Below are positions 9,340-18,484 of a stretch of 64,000 bases of DNA, in pieces (the stretch's first letter is position 1; each line of letters begins with the position of its first letter). This DNA is from an uncultured cyanobacterium. GTDB taxonomy: Bacteria > Cyanobacteriota > Cyanobacteriia > Cyanobacteriales > Nostocaceae. A program made the position numbers and the translations under genes. The DNA lies in assembly GCA_963740315.1 (NCBI GenBank), contig CAVUDP010000002.1, forward strand, positions 480,001 to 544,000, written 5' to 3'. A model generated the notes under the pieces. It made no database searches. It was given only the letters and a program-made list of their open reading frames with translations, and was not told the origin of the DNA.

Positions 9340-9834
9340 TTACCGATTCGCTATTTTCCGCTGCATTATTTCTCTTGCAACTTCGTAATCTTGATTAATC
9401 AAATGACAAAAATGATAGTAACTAGCTAAATAAAAATCGCAGCCAAATTTTTGATAGCAATCGGCAACAGCAAGAAAACCATACCTCGCACCCCATTCAT
9501 CTGTAAACCAATCCTCGAAAAAAGAATCATGCAAATATAGCGTTATTGTTTGGTTATCAATACTCGGAATCAAGCGAACTAACTCAATATTAGGATGATG
9601 AGAACGGCTGACGGGTAATAGTATTTCAAACCCATTAAAATTAATGAACTCAGCTAAATCATCTTCAGTTCTCTGATAATATGAAGGCGGTTCTTCTGGT
9701 AAAGAAATAAACATTTCCCAATTCATCCAAAATTCATGTTTGGCATCAAAGCCAGGATCGATATCCAAACGCCATTTATCTTCTTGGCAAAGGTCATTAA
9801 TCGCTTCTTTTGGTAATTCTGCTAATTTCATCAT
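9340..9834 (-). CDS. Hypothetical acidic, aromatic-rich protein translationally coupled to the helicase
   Basis: 164-aa ORF; ATGA overlap with the helicase stop; 5 bp from the DUF1016 gene. Confidence 0.75.
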   Translation of the reverse strand: MMKLAELPKEAINDLCQEDKWRLDIDPGFDAKHEFWMNWEMFISLPEEPPSYYQRTEDDLAEFINFNGFEILLPVSRSHHPNIELVRLIPSIDNQTITLYLHDSFFEDWFTDEWGARYGFLAVADCYQKFGCDFYLASYYHFCHLINQDYEVAREIMQRKIANR

Positions 9835-12800
9835 TCCTCAAACAATCCTAAAGAACAAACAATCTGCGGTTCGCGTTTTTCTACTTCTTCACTTACAATA
9901 CACAAACGGTCATCAGTTCGCAAAGCAACCGTTAATTCAGCTAATCCTCGATCGCTAATGCCGCTTCTTAGTTGTCTATTTAAAGTATCAATTGCTGATT
10001 GTCGTAACGGATAACGGTAAATATCATCGATTGCTTTTAAAAGTTCTTCACTTACAAATAAAGTTCCTTTCATCTCCCGCACGTAACTTTTTAATCGTTC
10101 GTAAGTACGGAATCTAGCACCAGAAGGTCGTCCTAATTGTCCCCCAGAGTTTTTCTCTTCTTCGGCAATTAATTCGCTAGCTTTTAACACTAATTCATGA
10201 TGTTTTTTATGTTTGGGAATTGCAGGGGTATCTGGTTCGCAAGCTGCTGCTTTTAAAACTCCTAATTGCGACTGGGTAACGCTATTTCCATCGCGATCGA
10301 CGTAAATTAAAGAATCATTACCCTCGGTTGTTTTCATATAAAGTAACACCCCTTCCGGCTGCACGGGTTTGGGATTGTGGGAACGGGTTGAGTAAACGAC
10401 ATTTGGCATTTCTTCGATTTTCTTTTTCAAAGCTGGATTGCGATCGGTGGCTTTTTTCCAAATTTGAAATGCTTCTGAAGTTAAATCAACTTCCGTATCT
10501 TCATCACCATCTAAAACCCCAGATTTTTCATTATAAAGATCGAGAATTACCTGTGTAGATTCATCTTCAAAAAATGTTTCATCGGTTCCTACAACTTCCG
10601 CATTTTCCTGCAATCGTTGCTTGAGTCTTCCCCGTAAATTAATAATTCGTTCGACTCCTTCTGCTGGTAAAAACGAATAACAAAGGATTTTTTCGGCATT
10701 TTGTCCAATGCGATCGACTCTTCCCGCTCTTTGAATCAAGCGAATAATTGCCCAAGGTAAATCCCAATTGACTATAATTGCACAGTCTTGTAAATTATGA
10801 CCTTCACTCAAGACATCGGTAGCAATTAAAATTCGCAATTCGCGATCGTTTGATATTTGATTTTGCTTGTTATTGCTAACAGGACTAAATCTTTGTGCTA
10901 ACTCAGTAGGATTTTTATCTTGTCCGGTAACGCTGGCAACATTGTTAATATTAACTGCTTGTAAATTATCAGTTAAATAGCGGACTGTATCGGCAAATTG
11001 AGTGAATATTAAAACTTTTTCGGTAGGATGAGTTTGAGTAACTAAATTAATTAAAGCTGCTAACTTTTCATCTTGTTTGGGTTTCCATTCACCAAATTGT
11101 TGCAGCAAATTAATTAAAACTTTGGCATCGGCTAATAAATCTCGTTTTAGCTTTTTGCTATCAAATAAAGTAGAATTTAGCCATTTAAAGCGTTTTGAAT
11201 ATTTAACTGTATATTCTTGATAAATTGATTCAGCTTTAATACGAAAAGTTTGTTCGGTAATTTCCGCTAGTATATTATCTTGTGAATCAAAATCAGTATC
11301 ATCTTCTGTTTCTACATCTGTATCTTCATCATTATTACGAGTATCTAATAAACTCGCGTCTTGAGTCCCAATCGGAATATCAAGCTGTTTTTCTAATGCG
11401 TACAAATAAATAAAATTTCGTAAAATGTGACGTTCAATAGATTGAATAAAAGCTATGCCACTACTTTCCAAACGTTTAAATAAATTAGTCCGAGAAAACC
11501 CCATCAACCGTTTACCACCGCGAAATAAACCATTCAAGTAACGTTGTTCGTCTTCTGTAGGAGAATTTTTCGGTTTTTTAGCAACATATTCCCCTAATCC
11601 ATAACGCGGTAAATTAAGTTGATTGATAACTTCAACTACCGACTCAGAATAAAGAGATGAGTAAGAATTTCCAGCATCATCCATCGTAAAGTTAATAGTT
11701 TTAGGAATTCGCTCTGGAAAATAAGAACGAGTGCGATCGCTAAATTCTAAATATTTTCTTATTCTTCCTCCCTCCTTTACAAAGGGGTCTGATTTAGCAT
11801 AATTATCTTTAATAAAAGAACGAGTCCTTCTAACCATATAGCGTTTCATCAAATCTCGCCAATCATCGGGATGTTCGCTTTTTTCAAAAGCAGCTAAAGA
11901 ACGTAAAGAACATTGATGTCTTCTAACAAACTCAATTTCTCCTAATTCATTAATTAAAGCTTCCGGACGAAATCCTAAATCTTCGTCTTCCGGTACAAAT
12001 AATCTTAATTGCGCGGAAAGGTCGAGATAAGTTTTATTATAAGGTGTTGCCGAAAGTAAAATACATTTGCTTTCATTCGCGGTAATATATTCAAAAATTG
12101 CTCGATATCTTTTACCTTCACGATTGCGTAAATTGTGACTTTCATCTATTAACACAACTCGGTAGCGGCGTAATTCTGGTAACTTAGTTTGGACTTGACT
12201 TACAGGTAAAACTTTTGCATAAAGCCGATAGTTATCTACATATTCCTGCCACATATTCGTTAAATTTTTTGGACAGATAATCAACGTTTCTAAAAAACAA
12301 TCTTCCTGTAAAATCTTAGCTAAAGCCGTTCCTACCAAAGTTTTTCCCAAACCCACCACATCACCGACAATTACACCACCACGTCTAGTTACATGACGCG
12401 CTGCTAATTGAACTGCCGCTTTTTGAAATTCAAACAAATTATTAAATTCGGGGGGAATTCTGAACTCAGAAAGTCCGGCAATTGCTTCGTGAGATAAATG
12501 GTAGGCAATCTTCAAATAAATGTGATGCGGCGGTATTAATTCCTTTCTTGCCCAACTATTATCAATTATTGCCGCTAATTCTTGAGAAATATCTATACAG
12601 CCATATTCTTCCCAACGCTGATTAAACCATTTTTGCATTTTATTACAAGCATCATGATCTAAAATATCAACATTCAATTCACCTTGTTTTACCAAACCCG
12701 AAAAAGTTAAATTACTGCTACCTAAAAAACCAACAGTTGGTGTATTAGGATCGTGACGATGCACTAAATATAACTTAGCGTGTAGAGAATGTTTTAAAAA

Positions 12801-13196
12801 TAGTTTAACGATCAATTTCTGAGTTTTTAACTGACTGCTTAAACGTCTCAATCCAGCTTCATCGCTATTCGACGGCGCACCAATAATCAGCTGATGCCGA
12901 AATTCAGCCGCCATCTTTTTTTTTAAACGAATAATAGTACTATTATCAAGCCTTCCTTCACCACCAACAAGAGATAAAACATTACGAAGTTCATCGCTTG
13001 GTAAACTTTGCATACCAATTAGCAGACGACAACAACCCACCTCCCCACCTGGGTACCTTTCAATCAAATCATCAATTTTCTGCCATCCTCTCAGGTTAAA
13101 ATAGCCGACACAAAAATCTGCCCTGTGAGAAACATTAAGAGTTTCTCGTAAAATCGGCAGCATCTGTAAATTAATGTTGTCAAAAATGCGCGGCAT
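9831..13196 (-). CDS. Phospholipase-D-type nuclease domain fused to a SNF2-like SF2 helicase (restriction/defence-associated)
   Basis: PLD: VGYFNLRGW, LHAKLYL, GSSNLT, ELNV; helicase: DVVGLGKT, IDESH, LLSATPYN, TDVLSEGHNLQD, QRAGRVDRIGQ. Confidence 0.9.
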   Translation of the reverse strand: MPRIFDNINLQMLPILRETLNVSHRADFCVGYFNLRGWQKIDDLIERYPGGEVGCCRLLIGMQSLPSDELRNVLSLVGGEGRLDNSTIIRLKKKMAAEFRHQLIIGAPSNSDEAGLRRLSSQLKTQKLIVKLFLKHSLHAKLYLVHRHDPNTPTVGFLGSSNLTFSGLVKQGELNVDILDHDACNKMQKWFNQRWEEYGCIDISQELAAIIDNSWARKELIPPHHIYLKIAYHLSHEAIAGLSEFRIPPEFNNLFEFQKAAVQLAARHVTRRGGVIVGDVVGLGKTLVGTALAKILQEDCFLETLIICPKNLTNMWQEYVDNYRLYAKVLPVSQVQTKLPELRRYRVVLIDESHNLRNREGKRYRAIFEYITANESKCILLSATPYNKTYLDLSAQLRLFVPEDEDLGFRPEALINELGEIEFVRRHQCSLRSLAAFEKSEHPDDWRDLMKRYMVRRTRSFIKDNYAKSDPFVKEGGRIRKYLEFSDRTRSYFPERIPKTINFTMDDAGNSYSSLYSESVVEVINQLNLPRYGLGEYVAKKPKNSPTEDEQRYLNGLFRGGKRLMGFSRTNLFKRLESSGIAFIQSIERHILRNFIYLYALEKQLDIPIGTQDASLLDTRNNDEDTDVETEDDTDFDSQDNILAEITEQTFRIKAESIYQEYTVKYSKRFKWLNSTLFDSKKLKRDLLADAKVLINLLQQFGEWKPKQDEKLAALINLVTQTHPTEKVLIFTQFADTVRYLTDNLQAVNINNVASVTGQDKNPTELAQRFSPVSNNKQNQISNDRELRILIATDVLSEGHNLQDCAIIVNWDLPWAIIRLIQRAGRVDRIGQNAEKILCYSFLPAEGVERIINLRGRLKQRLQENAEVVGTDETFFEDESTQVILDLYNEKSGVLDGDEDTEVDLTSEAFQIWKKATDRNPALKKKIEEMPNVVYSTRSHNPKPVQPEGVLLYMKTTEGNDSLIYVDRDGNSVTQSQLGVLKAAACEPDTPAIPKHKKHHELVLKASELIAEEEKNSGGQLGRPSGARFRTYERLKSYVREMKGTLFVSEELLKAIDDIYRYPLRQSAIDTLNRQLRSGISDRGLAELTVALRTDDRLCIVSEEVEKREPQIVCSLGLFEE

Positions 13197-13301
13197 TCTT
13201 CTATACCCGGATTATTTTAATTGGCATTACCATGTTATATTTATTTATTTTTAATACCAATTAAAACCGTATTAATGCTTAAAATTAATTTTCATCTACA
13301 T

Positions 13302-13406
13302 TACAGCACTTTGCAAATGGAGTACACAATTTTATCTTCAGATTCTTGTGGGGTGGGCATCCCTGCCCGCCAGAATATACCTCACCTTCCCGCTCAATAT
13401 GCTGTA
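13302..13406. mobile_element. ~105-bp MITE-like element, same family and orientation as 2531-2637
   Basis: TACAGCAC...ATATGCTGTA ends; shared core CTTGTGGG(G/A)TGGGCATCCCTGCCCG and TACCTCAC. Confidence 0.7.
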
Positions 13407-13407
13407 T

Positions 13408-14136
13408 CTAAAATCCCTTCACCCACTCCAAAGCACTCTCAACATCTTCCACCAATTCCCCTTGCGGAAGCATCGCACGTTTCACCATTACCACCTTTAT
13501 CCCCAACTCTCTGGCAGCAATAATTTTTGCATAGGTTGCATCACCACCGCTGTTTTTACTCACAACAGTATCAATATTATATTTATGCAATAATTGCTTT
13601 TCTAAATCCTTATCGAACGGTCCGCGATCGAATAAAAGTAACCCTTTTGGTAATACAATATCCGATGAAGGTTTCTCGATCGCTCTCATCAAAAACCACA
13701 CATTTTCGAGTGCAAAAGCAGTTAATTCTTGTCTGCCAATTGTTAAAAATACTCGCTGGGCTAAACCAGGTAAAATGGCTGATGCTGCCTGTATATTTTC
13801 AACTTCTATCCAGCGATCGCCCTTAACAGATTCCCATTCAGCACGAACCAACATCAATCGCGGTAATCCTACTTTTTCTGCTGCTATGGCTGCATTTTGG
13901 GATATTTTAGCCGCAAAAGGGTGTGTAGCGTCGATCAGTAAATCAATCTTTTCTACTTCTAAATACTGAGTTAAACCTGCAACACCACCAAAACCACCGA
14001 TGCGAGAATTTTTGGATGCTACTTGACGAGTGCGACCTGCGAAAGATAATTTTATTTCGATATGTGGTAGATTAGCAGCTTTTAAAGCTAATTCCCCAGC
14101 TTCCTGAGTTCCGCCGAGAATTAATATTTTTACCAA
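13408..14136 (-). CDS. cobK: Precorrin-6A/cobalt-precorrin-6A reductase
   Basis: ILILGGTQEA, GGFGGVAGL, IDATHPFA, VSKNSGG, KIIAARELGI. Confidence 0.95.
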   Translation of the reverse strand: MVKILILGGTQEAGELALKAANLPHIEIKLSFAGRTRQVASKNSRIGGFGGVAGLTQYLEVEKIDLLIDATHPFAAKISQNAAIAAEKVGLPRLMLVRAEWESVKGDRWIEVENIQAASAILPGLAQRVFLTIGRQELTAFALENVWFLMRAIEKPSSDIVLPKGLLLFDRGPFDKDLEKQLLHKYNIDTVVSKNSGGDATYAKIIAARELGIKVVMVKRAMLPQGELVEDVESALEWVKGF

Positions 14137-14139
14137 ATT

Positions 14140-14370
14140 TTATCCTAAAGCATCAAGATATCCTTGCATATAACAATAACCATAGACGTTATTCTGATTT
14201 ACGACTGTTTTTTGCAAAGAATTTTTAGCTATATAATATCCTCTTAAATAACCATTATATCCAGAGCCATTTTGACAGTCTTGTCTAGTAAAATTATGAG
14301 CATTTTGACAAGATGTGAGAAAGCAAGAAAGAGTAACGTAACTTGAACATATGATAAATTTTGAGAACAT
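14140..14370 (-). CDS. Hypothetical small putative lipoprotein
   Basis: 76-aa ORF with hydrophobic N-terminus and LTSC lipobox-like site; 3 bp upstream of cobK. Confidence 0.45.
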   Translation of the reverse strand: MFSKFIICSSYVTLSCFLTSCQNAHNFTRQDCQNGSGYNGYLRGYYIAKNSLQKTVVNQNNVYGYCYMQGYLDALG

Positions 14371-14480
14371 ATTTAATAACTATATTAAATTTAAAAATAT
14401 TTTTATATTAAACAATGTTGTGAATAAAAAAACAAGTACAGAAGGTAAATATCAAATCTGATTAAGTATTATTAAAAAAT

Positions 14481-14513
14481 AAAAAAACCCAGTTGCTTTC
14501 ACACAACCGGGTT
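14481..14513 (-). terminator. Rho-independent terminator downstream of hspA
   Basis: Minus strand AACCCGGTTG...CAACTGGGTT stem followed by a T run. Confidence 0.7.
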
Positions 14514-14555
14514 AAATCATTCAACTACCCAGAATACTTTGTTACCACGCTTACA

Positions 14556-15002
14556 TTATGCGTTGGTTTGCTCAAGGTTAACTTTCACAACTTTATTTTT
14601 TTCTTCTTGAGCTTTAGGTAAATGTAGGTTCAAAATACCGTCTTTATAATCAGCTTTCACATCAGTATTTTGAATGCGTGCTGGTAAAGGAATGACGCGC
14701 TCAAACTTACCATAACGGAACTCACTTCTTTTAGTACCGTTTTCTTCGGTTGTATCTTGCTTGCGCTCTCCTCTGATAGAAACCGCATTTTCAGTAACTT
14801 GAATATCCAAGTCATTTGCATTCATACCCGGAATTTCTAACTTCAAGTTAACAGCGTCATCGGTTTCCGATAACTCAGCCGCAGGAACTTTAGAAATATT
14901 ATCAAAATCGGAATTATCTGGAGCGATCGTATCGTCAAATAAACGATTGAAGCTTCTTTGTAAAGCATTCACTTCGTGCCAGGGATTGTAACGTGATATC
15001 AT
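14556..15002 (-). CDS. hspA: Small heat shock protein Hsp20/alpha-crystallin
   Basis: PAAELSET, SEFRYGKFERVIPLP, ADYKDGILNLHLPK. Confidence 0.95.
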   Translation of the reverse strand: MISRYNPWHEVNALQRSFNRLFDDTIAPDNSDFDNISKVPAAELSETDDAVNLKLEIPGMNANDLDIQVTENAVSIRGERKQDTTEENGTKRSEFRYGKFERVIPLPARIQNTDVKADYKDGILNLHLPKAQEEKNKVVKVNLEQTNA

Positions 15003-15182
15003 ATTAATTAACCTCTTGTTGTGTGTATTAGTTGCTTCCTTTGATTACTATATTAATGAAGGTAAAAGGTAGTCTAAATACGGTTTTTATCACAAATTAA
15101 ATAGAGAAAACCGACCAATTAAAAGTAGATAATATTATGTTCGGTTAACTGTAAAAATATCAGTACGGTAAACCATAAAAAT

Positions 15183-15211
15183 GTAGAGACGCGATATATC
15201 GCGTCTCTACA
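15183..15211. repeat. GTAG-type REP-like palindrome TGTAGAGACGCGATATATCGCGTCTCTACA
   Basis: Near-perfect palindrome; family copies near 6151, 37128, 37212, 38457, 38624, 39043 and 60720. Confidence 0.85.
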
Positions 15212-15262
15212 GTAATCTGAAAATATTTCCAATCGTGGAAGAATCGAATTAAATCCCATCAT

Positions 15263-15670
15263 TTAAACCGATGGAACTGGCGTTTTAGCAGTTAACTCCG
15301 CATCAGCTTTTTCAAGTTCCGGTTCAGTTGCTGTAATATGCTCTTCCAAAATTGCTAAATTACGAATATTGGATTTATAAAAAGCATCGAATACGTCACC
15401 AAGTAACGGTACCGTGCCAACAACAGTTTCCAAACCAACATTAAAAATCATTTTTTTGAGGTTATCATTCGACACACCAACGCGAGTCGCCAGATAAATA
15501 ATGTAACCGGAAACTATCGTACTGATAATATCTCCAGCACCGGGAATTAAACCAAGAATAGGATCTAATCCGATGCGGAATTTGGTGCCGGGAATACCGA
15601 TCGCAGTATCCATCAGCCGACTGAATTTACGAATCCGGTTAAGCGTTGCGAGTTTTTTTGCATTATCCAT
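15263..15670 (-). CDS. DUF4112 family membrane protein
   Basis: LMDTAIGIPGTKFRIGLDPILGLIPGAGD, VPLLGDVFD, KSNIRN; ATG at 15670 preferred over 15739. Confidence 0.9.
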   Translation of the reverse strand: MDNAKKLATLNRIRKFSRLMDTAIGIPGTKFRIGLDPILGLIPGAGDIISTIVSGYIIYLATRVGVSNDNLKKMIFNVGLETVVGTVPLLGDVFDAFYKSNIRNLAILEEHITATEPELEKADAELTAKTPVPSV

Positions 15671-15788
15671 AATTAATATATTTGCATTAATTACTAATCT
15701 ATGTCTTATATCGCGAGAAAGAATATGTGAATTGAGCAACTCTATAAAAAGATATGATTTTGGGTGTTGTTGATTTTTTTTATCCGTA

Positions 15789-16017
15789 GAAGCTTATTGG
15801 AAGCAGTATCTGAGCCATGAGAAAATTTAGAACACTCGATGAATTTGAAGAAGAGTATTTTCGCAAGCACCCTGAAGAAATTGATGACTATTTGACCGAG
15901 ATATTTCAGGAATATTTACTAGATAATGATTCTGGCGCATTACTGGCATCGTTACGTATTATTGCCCAGGTAAAATATCTACCAAATACTACTCAAATCC
16001 AACACAAAACCAGATAA
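15789..16017 (+). pseudogene. Remnant of an addiction module: truncated HI1420-like antidote (15817..16017) preceded by a possible toxin C-terminal remnant
   Basis: EEIDDYLTEIFQEY...ALLASLRIIAQVK matches the antidote N-terminus but the HTH is missing and the ORF runs into the antisense Uma2; upstream frame reads EAYWKQYLSHEKI*. Confidence 0.55.
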
Positions 16018-16578
16018 AATATCTTCTCCGCTTAATGTTGACGGATTATCTAATTCCTCAACCGCAACATCTGGACGATAAATATAAACAAAGCGTTCTT
16101 TTCTATCAATTAACCATCCCAATTTCGCACCGTTATCAATATATTCCACCATCTTGTCTTGTAAAACTTTTAAACTATCATCCGAACGCAATTCAACTAC
16201 AAACTCCGGACAAATAGGAGCAAATTTTTTACGTTTTTCTACAGGAATTGCTTCCCAATCTGTTTTTTTAATCCAAGCAGCATCCGGGGAGCGAATAGCA
16301 CCGTTGGGTAATGTAAAACCACCACTCGAACCAAATCCCACACCCGTACCATCAAATTTTTTCCACACACCTAATTGTCCAATTAATTCAAAGTTACGTT
16401 GGGCATTTTCTGAACCTGTTGGGAACGCGATCGCAATTTCTCTATTGTCATTTCGTTCGATGCAAAAATCCTTATTTAGCTGACAAAAATCGAATAATTG
16501 CTCATCCGTCATGCTAATAACGGGATGAAATTTCAACACCATTGGAGTTTCTGTTGCGATTGGTAATTGTGCAGTCAT
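15979..16578 (-). CDS. Uma2 (DUF820) family putative endonuclease
   Basis: GFTLPNGAIRSPDAAW, PICPEFVVELRS, EYIDNGAKLGWLID. Confidence 0.92.
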   Translation of the reverse strand: MTAQLPIATETPMVLKFHPVISMTDEQLFDFCQLNKDFCIERNDNREIAIAFPTGSENAQRNFELIGQLGVWKKFDGTGVGFGSSGGFTLPNGAIRSPDAAWIKKTDWEAIPVEKRKKFAPICPEFVVELRSDDSLKVLQDKMVEYIDNGAKLGWLIDRKERFVYIYRPDVAVEELDNPSTLSGEDILSGFVLDLSSIW

Positions 16579-16823
16579 TTTCTACTTCGCCGATTAACTT
16601 CTTGCTTTTATTTTAGAATTTGTTTATCTTAGCGGGTTTCTTTTTCTTTCAAGGTTTTGGTGCGCTCACGGCTGAAGCTATAACGCGCTTTCCCCATCTT
16701 TTAAACAGCATATTTATTTATTGCAACAATCTCGGATGGTGCGTTAGACGTAATTCCTGCTTATCGTTAATGTAATAAATAGTCGTGCGTCTAACACACC
16801 CTACAATTTGACTTGCTTTTATT

Positions 16824-18002
16824 CTAGAATTGCTCCCGACAAATAACTTCCCCTTTCCTATCAAACAACACCACTCCAACCTTCATCTCTACATCCGCAT
16901 ACTTTTTAACGTAACTTTCCGCTTTCCGACTTATCTTTTGAGCCAAATTACCAAAAACCCGATCGCTCAAACCTAATTCAATCAACTTCTTATGCGCTTC
17001 ATCCGCCGTCTTCACCTGCAAAACAGCCCGCACGGCTTCAATATTTCCCCCAACTTCCACCACAGCAGCAGCAATAATTTCTAATTTCGCATCAGCAATG
17101 TGACTCGAAGTATTGAAAATTCCACCCGCTAACTTTATTAACTTTCCCTGATATCCCAACAACAATACCGACTCTGCTTTATACAAACCTGCTTCCACCA
17201 ACAAAGCCCCTAACCAATTACCAGTAGGAACTATCGCCGATTCTGGAATAGATAATTTTTCTGCTACATTGTTACCATTCGCACCAATACAAAATACTAA
17301 ATTGGGATTACTTTTCACCTTCTCCCGCAAGATACCGCGAAATTCGTCTAAACGATCGGCAACAGAAAGCGGTTGAGAAATACCGCTAGTTCCCAACAAA
17401 GCCAAACCTTCCAAAATACCAAAGGCTTCATTAGAAGTACGTTTTGCTAATTCCCTACCTTGAGGAAGAATAACTTTGACAGTAACGGTTTTATCTTCAG
17501 GAATTAAAGGTGATAAATTGGCATCAAACAAACGACGCGCAAAACTGTAAATTGCAGCTTCCCCCTTCTCAGTTTTTCCCAAACCTTCGCCAGCTTCTAA
17601 AATCAACGAAAAACCTAACCCCCCAGCCCCCTTCCCTATGAAGGAATGGGGAGAATTAAAAGCCTCTGTTTTTGTAGGAGAGAGGTTTTCAAGATTCCGT
17701 ATTTCTTCTTGTCGCGGCGATAGTTTAACTAAAGCCCAAATAGGAGTATTTTTAGTCAAATCTAAATTATCACCGGGGTTGCTAAGAGCGATCGCCAAAG
17801 CAGTATTATCATCTAAAACGGCAACTTGTTCTATCGGAATTTCTGCACTTTCATCAAGTAAATCTAGAGAAACCGACGATAATTCTGTTTTATTACTTAA
17901 ATTATTTTCTAAATGATTTTTTAAATGAATCAAAGCAGCCTTCGCAGCAGCCACCGCGAAGACAGGTAAAGTGTAACCGGGGAGAGGGGAATGAGGGGAC
18001 AA
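16824..18002 (-). CDS. cbiD: Cobalt-precorrin-5B C1-methyltransferase, with an in-frame repeat-derived insertion
   Basis: PGYTLPVFAVAAAKAA, PGDNLDLT, RTSNEAFGILEGLALLGT, GKLIKLAGGIFNTSSH. Confidence 0.93.
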   Translation of the reverse strand: MSPHSPLPGYTLPVFAVAAAKAALIHLKNHLENNLSNKTELSSVSLDLLDESAEIPIEQVAVLDDNTALAIALSNPGDNLDLTKNTPIWALVKLSPRQEEIRNLENLSPTKTEAFNSPHSFIGKGAGGLGFSLILEAGEGLGKTEKGEAAIYSFARRLFDANLSPLIPEDKTVTVKVILPQGRELAKRTSNEAFGILEGLALLGTSGISQPLSVADRLDEFRGILREKVKSNPNLVFCIGANGNNVAEKLSIPESAIVPTGNWLGALLVEAGLYKAESVLLLGYQGKLIKLAGGIFNTSSHIADAKLEIIAAAVVEVGGNIEAVRAVLQVKTADEAHKKLIELGLSDRVFGNLAQKISRKAESYVKKYADVEMKVGVVLFDRKGEVICREQF

Positions 18003-18071
18003 GGAGATGGGGGATGGGGAGACAAGGGGATGGGGAGAAATTATGAGTTATGAGTTAGAAGTTAATAATAT

Positions 18072-18158
18072 CTGACATCTTGCACCAGTTGCAATAACCG
18101 CCTTTGAATTTATTCAAAGGCGGATTTTAAGGCTTAATAAAAATGGTACAGATTTGAG
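18072..18158. repeat. Dispersed hairpin element CATCTTGCACCA...TGGTACAGAT with internal CCGCCTTTGAATTTATTCAAAGGCGG palindrome
   Basis: Inverted ends; related copy starts near 46689. Confidence 0.6.
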
Positions 18159-18246
18159 TAATATAAAACTTTTAACTGCTAAGGGACTTCCAAAAATAAT
18201 TTATCTAATTATGGTAGTGCGAGCATCTTGCTCGCTTGAGATATAC

Positions 18247-18484
18247 CTAACTGCTAACTACTAACTACTAACTACTAACTGCTAACTGCTAACTACTAAC
18301 TGCTAACTACTAACTACTAACTACTAACTACTAACTACTAACTGCTCACTACTAACTACTAACTCCTAACTGCTCACTACTAACTACTAACTACTAACTA
18401 CTAACTACTAACTACTAACTACTAACTGCTCACTACTAACTACTAACTGCTCACTACTCACTGCTAACTGCTCACTGCTCACTG
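18247..18484. repeat. STRR heptamer array (CTAACTA/CTAACTG/CTCACTA, >30 units)
   Basis: Directly visible tandem heptamers. Confidence 0.95.

Noticed and set aside
2641..13196. Complete DISARM or BREX system
   Set aside because: No DrmA/DrmB (DUF1998), PglZ or BrxC homologue is visible in the window
13221..13593. Plus-strand ORFs 13221..13523 and 13348..13593
   Set aside because: They span the MITE and the antisense strand of cobK; low-complexity shadows
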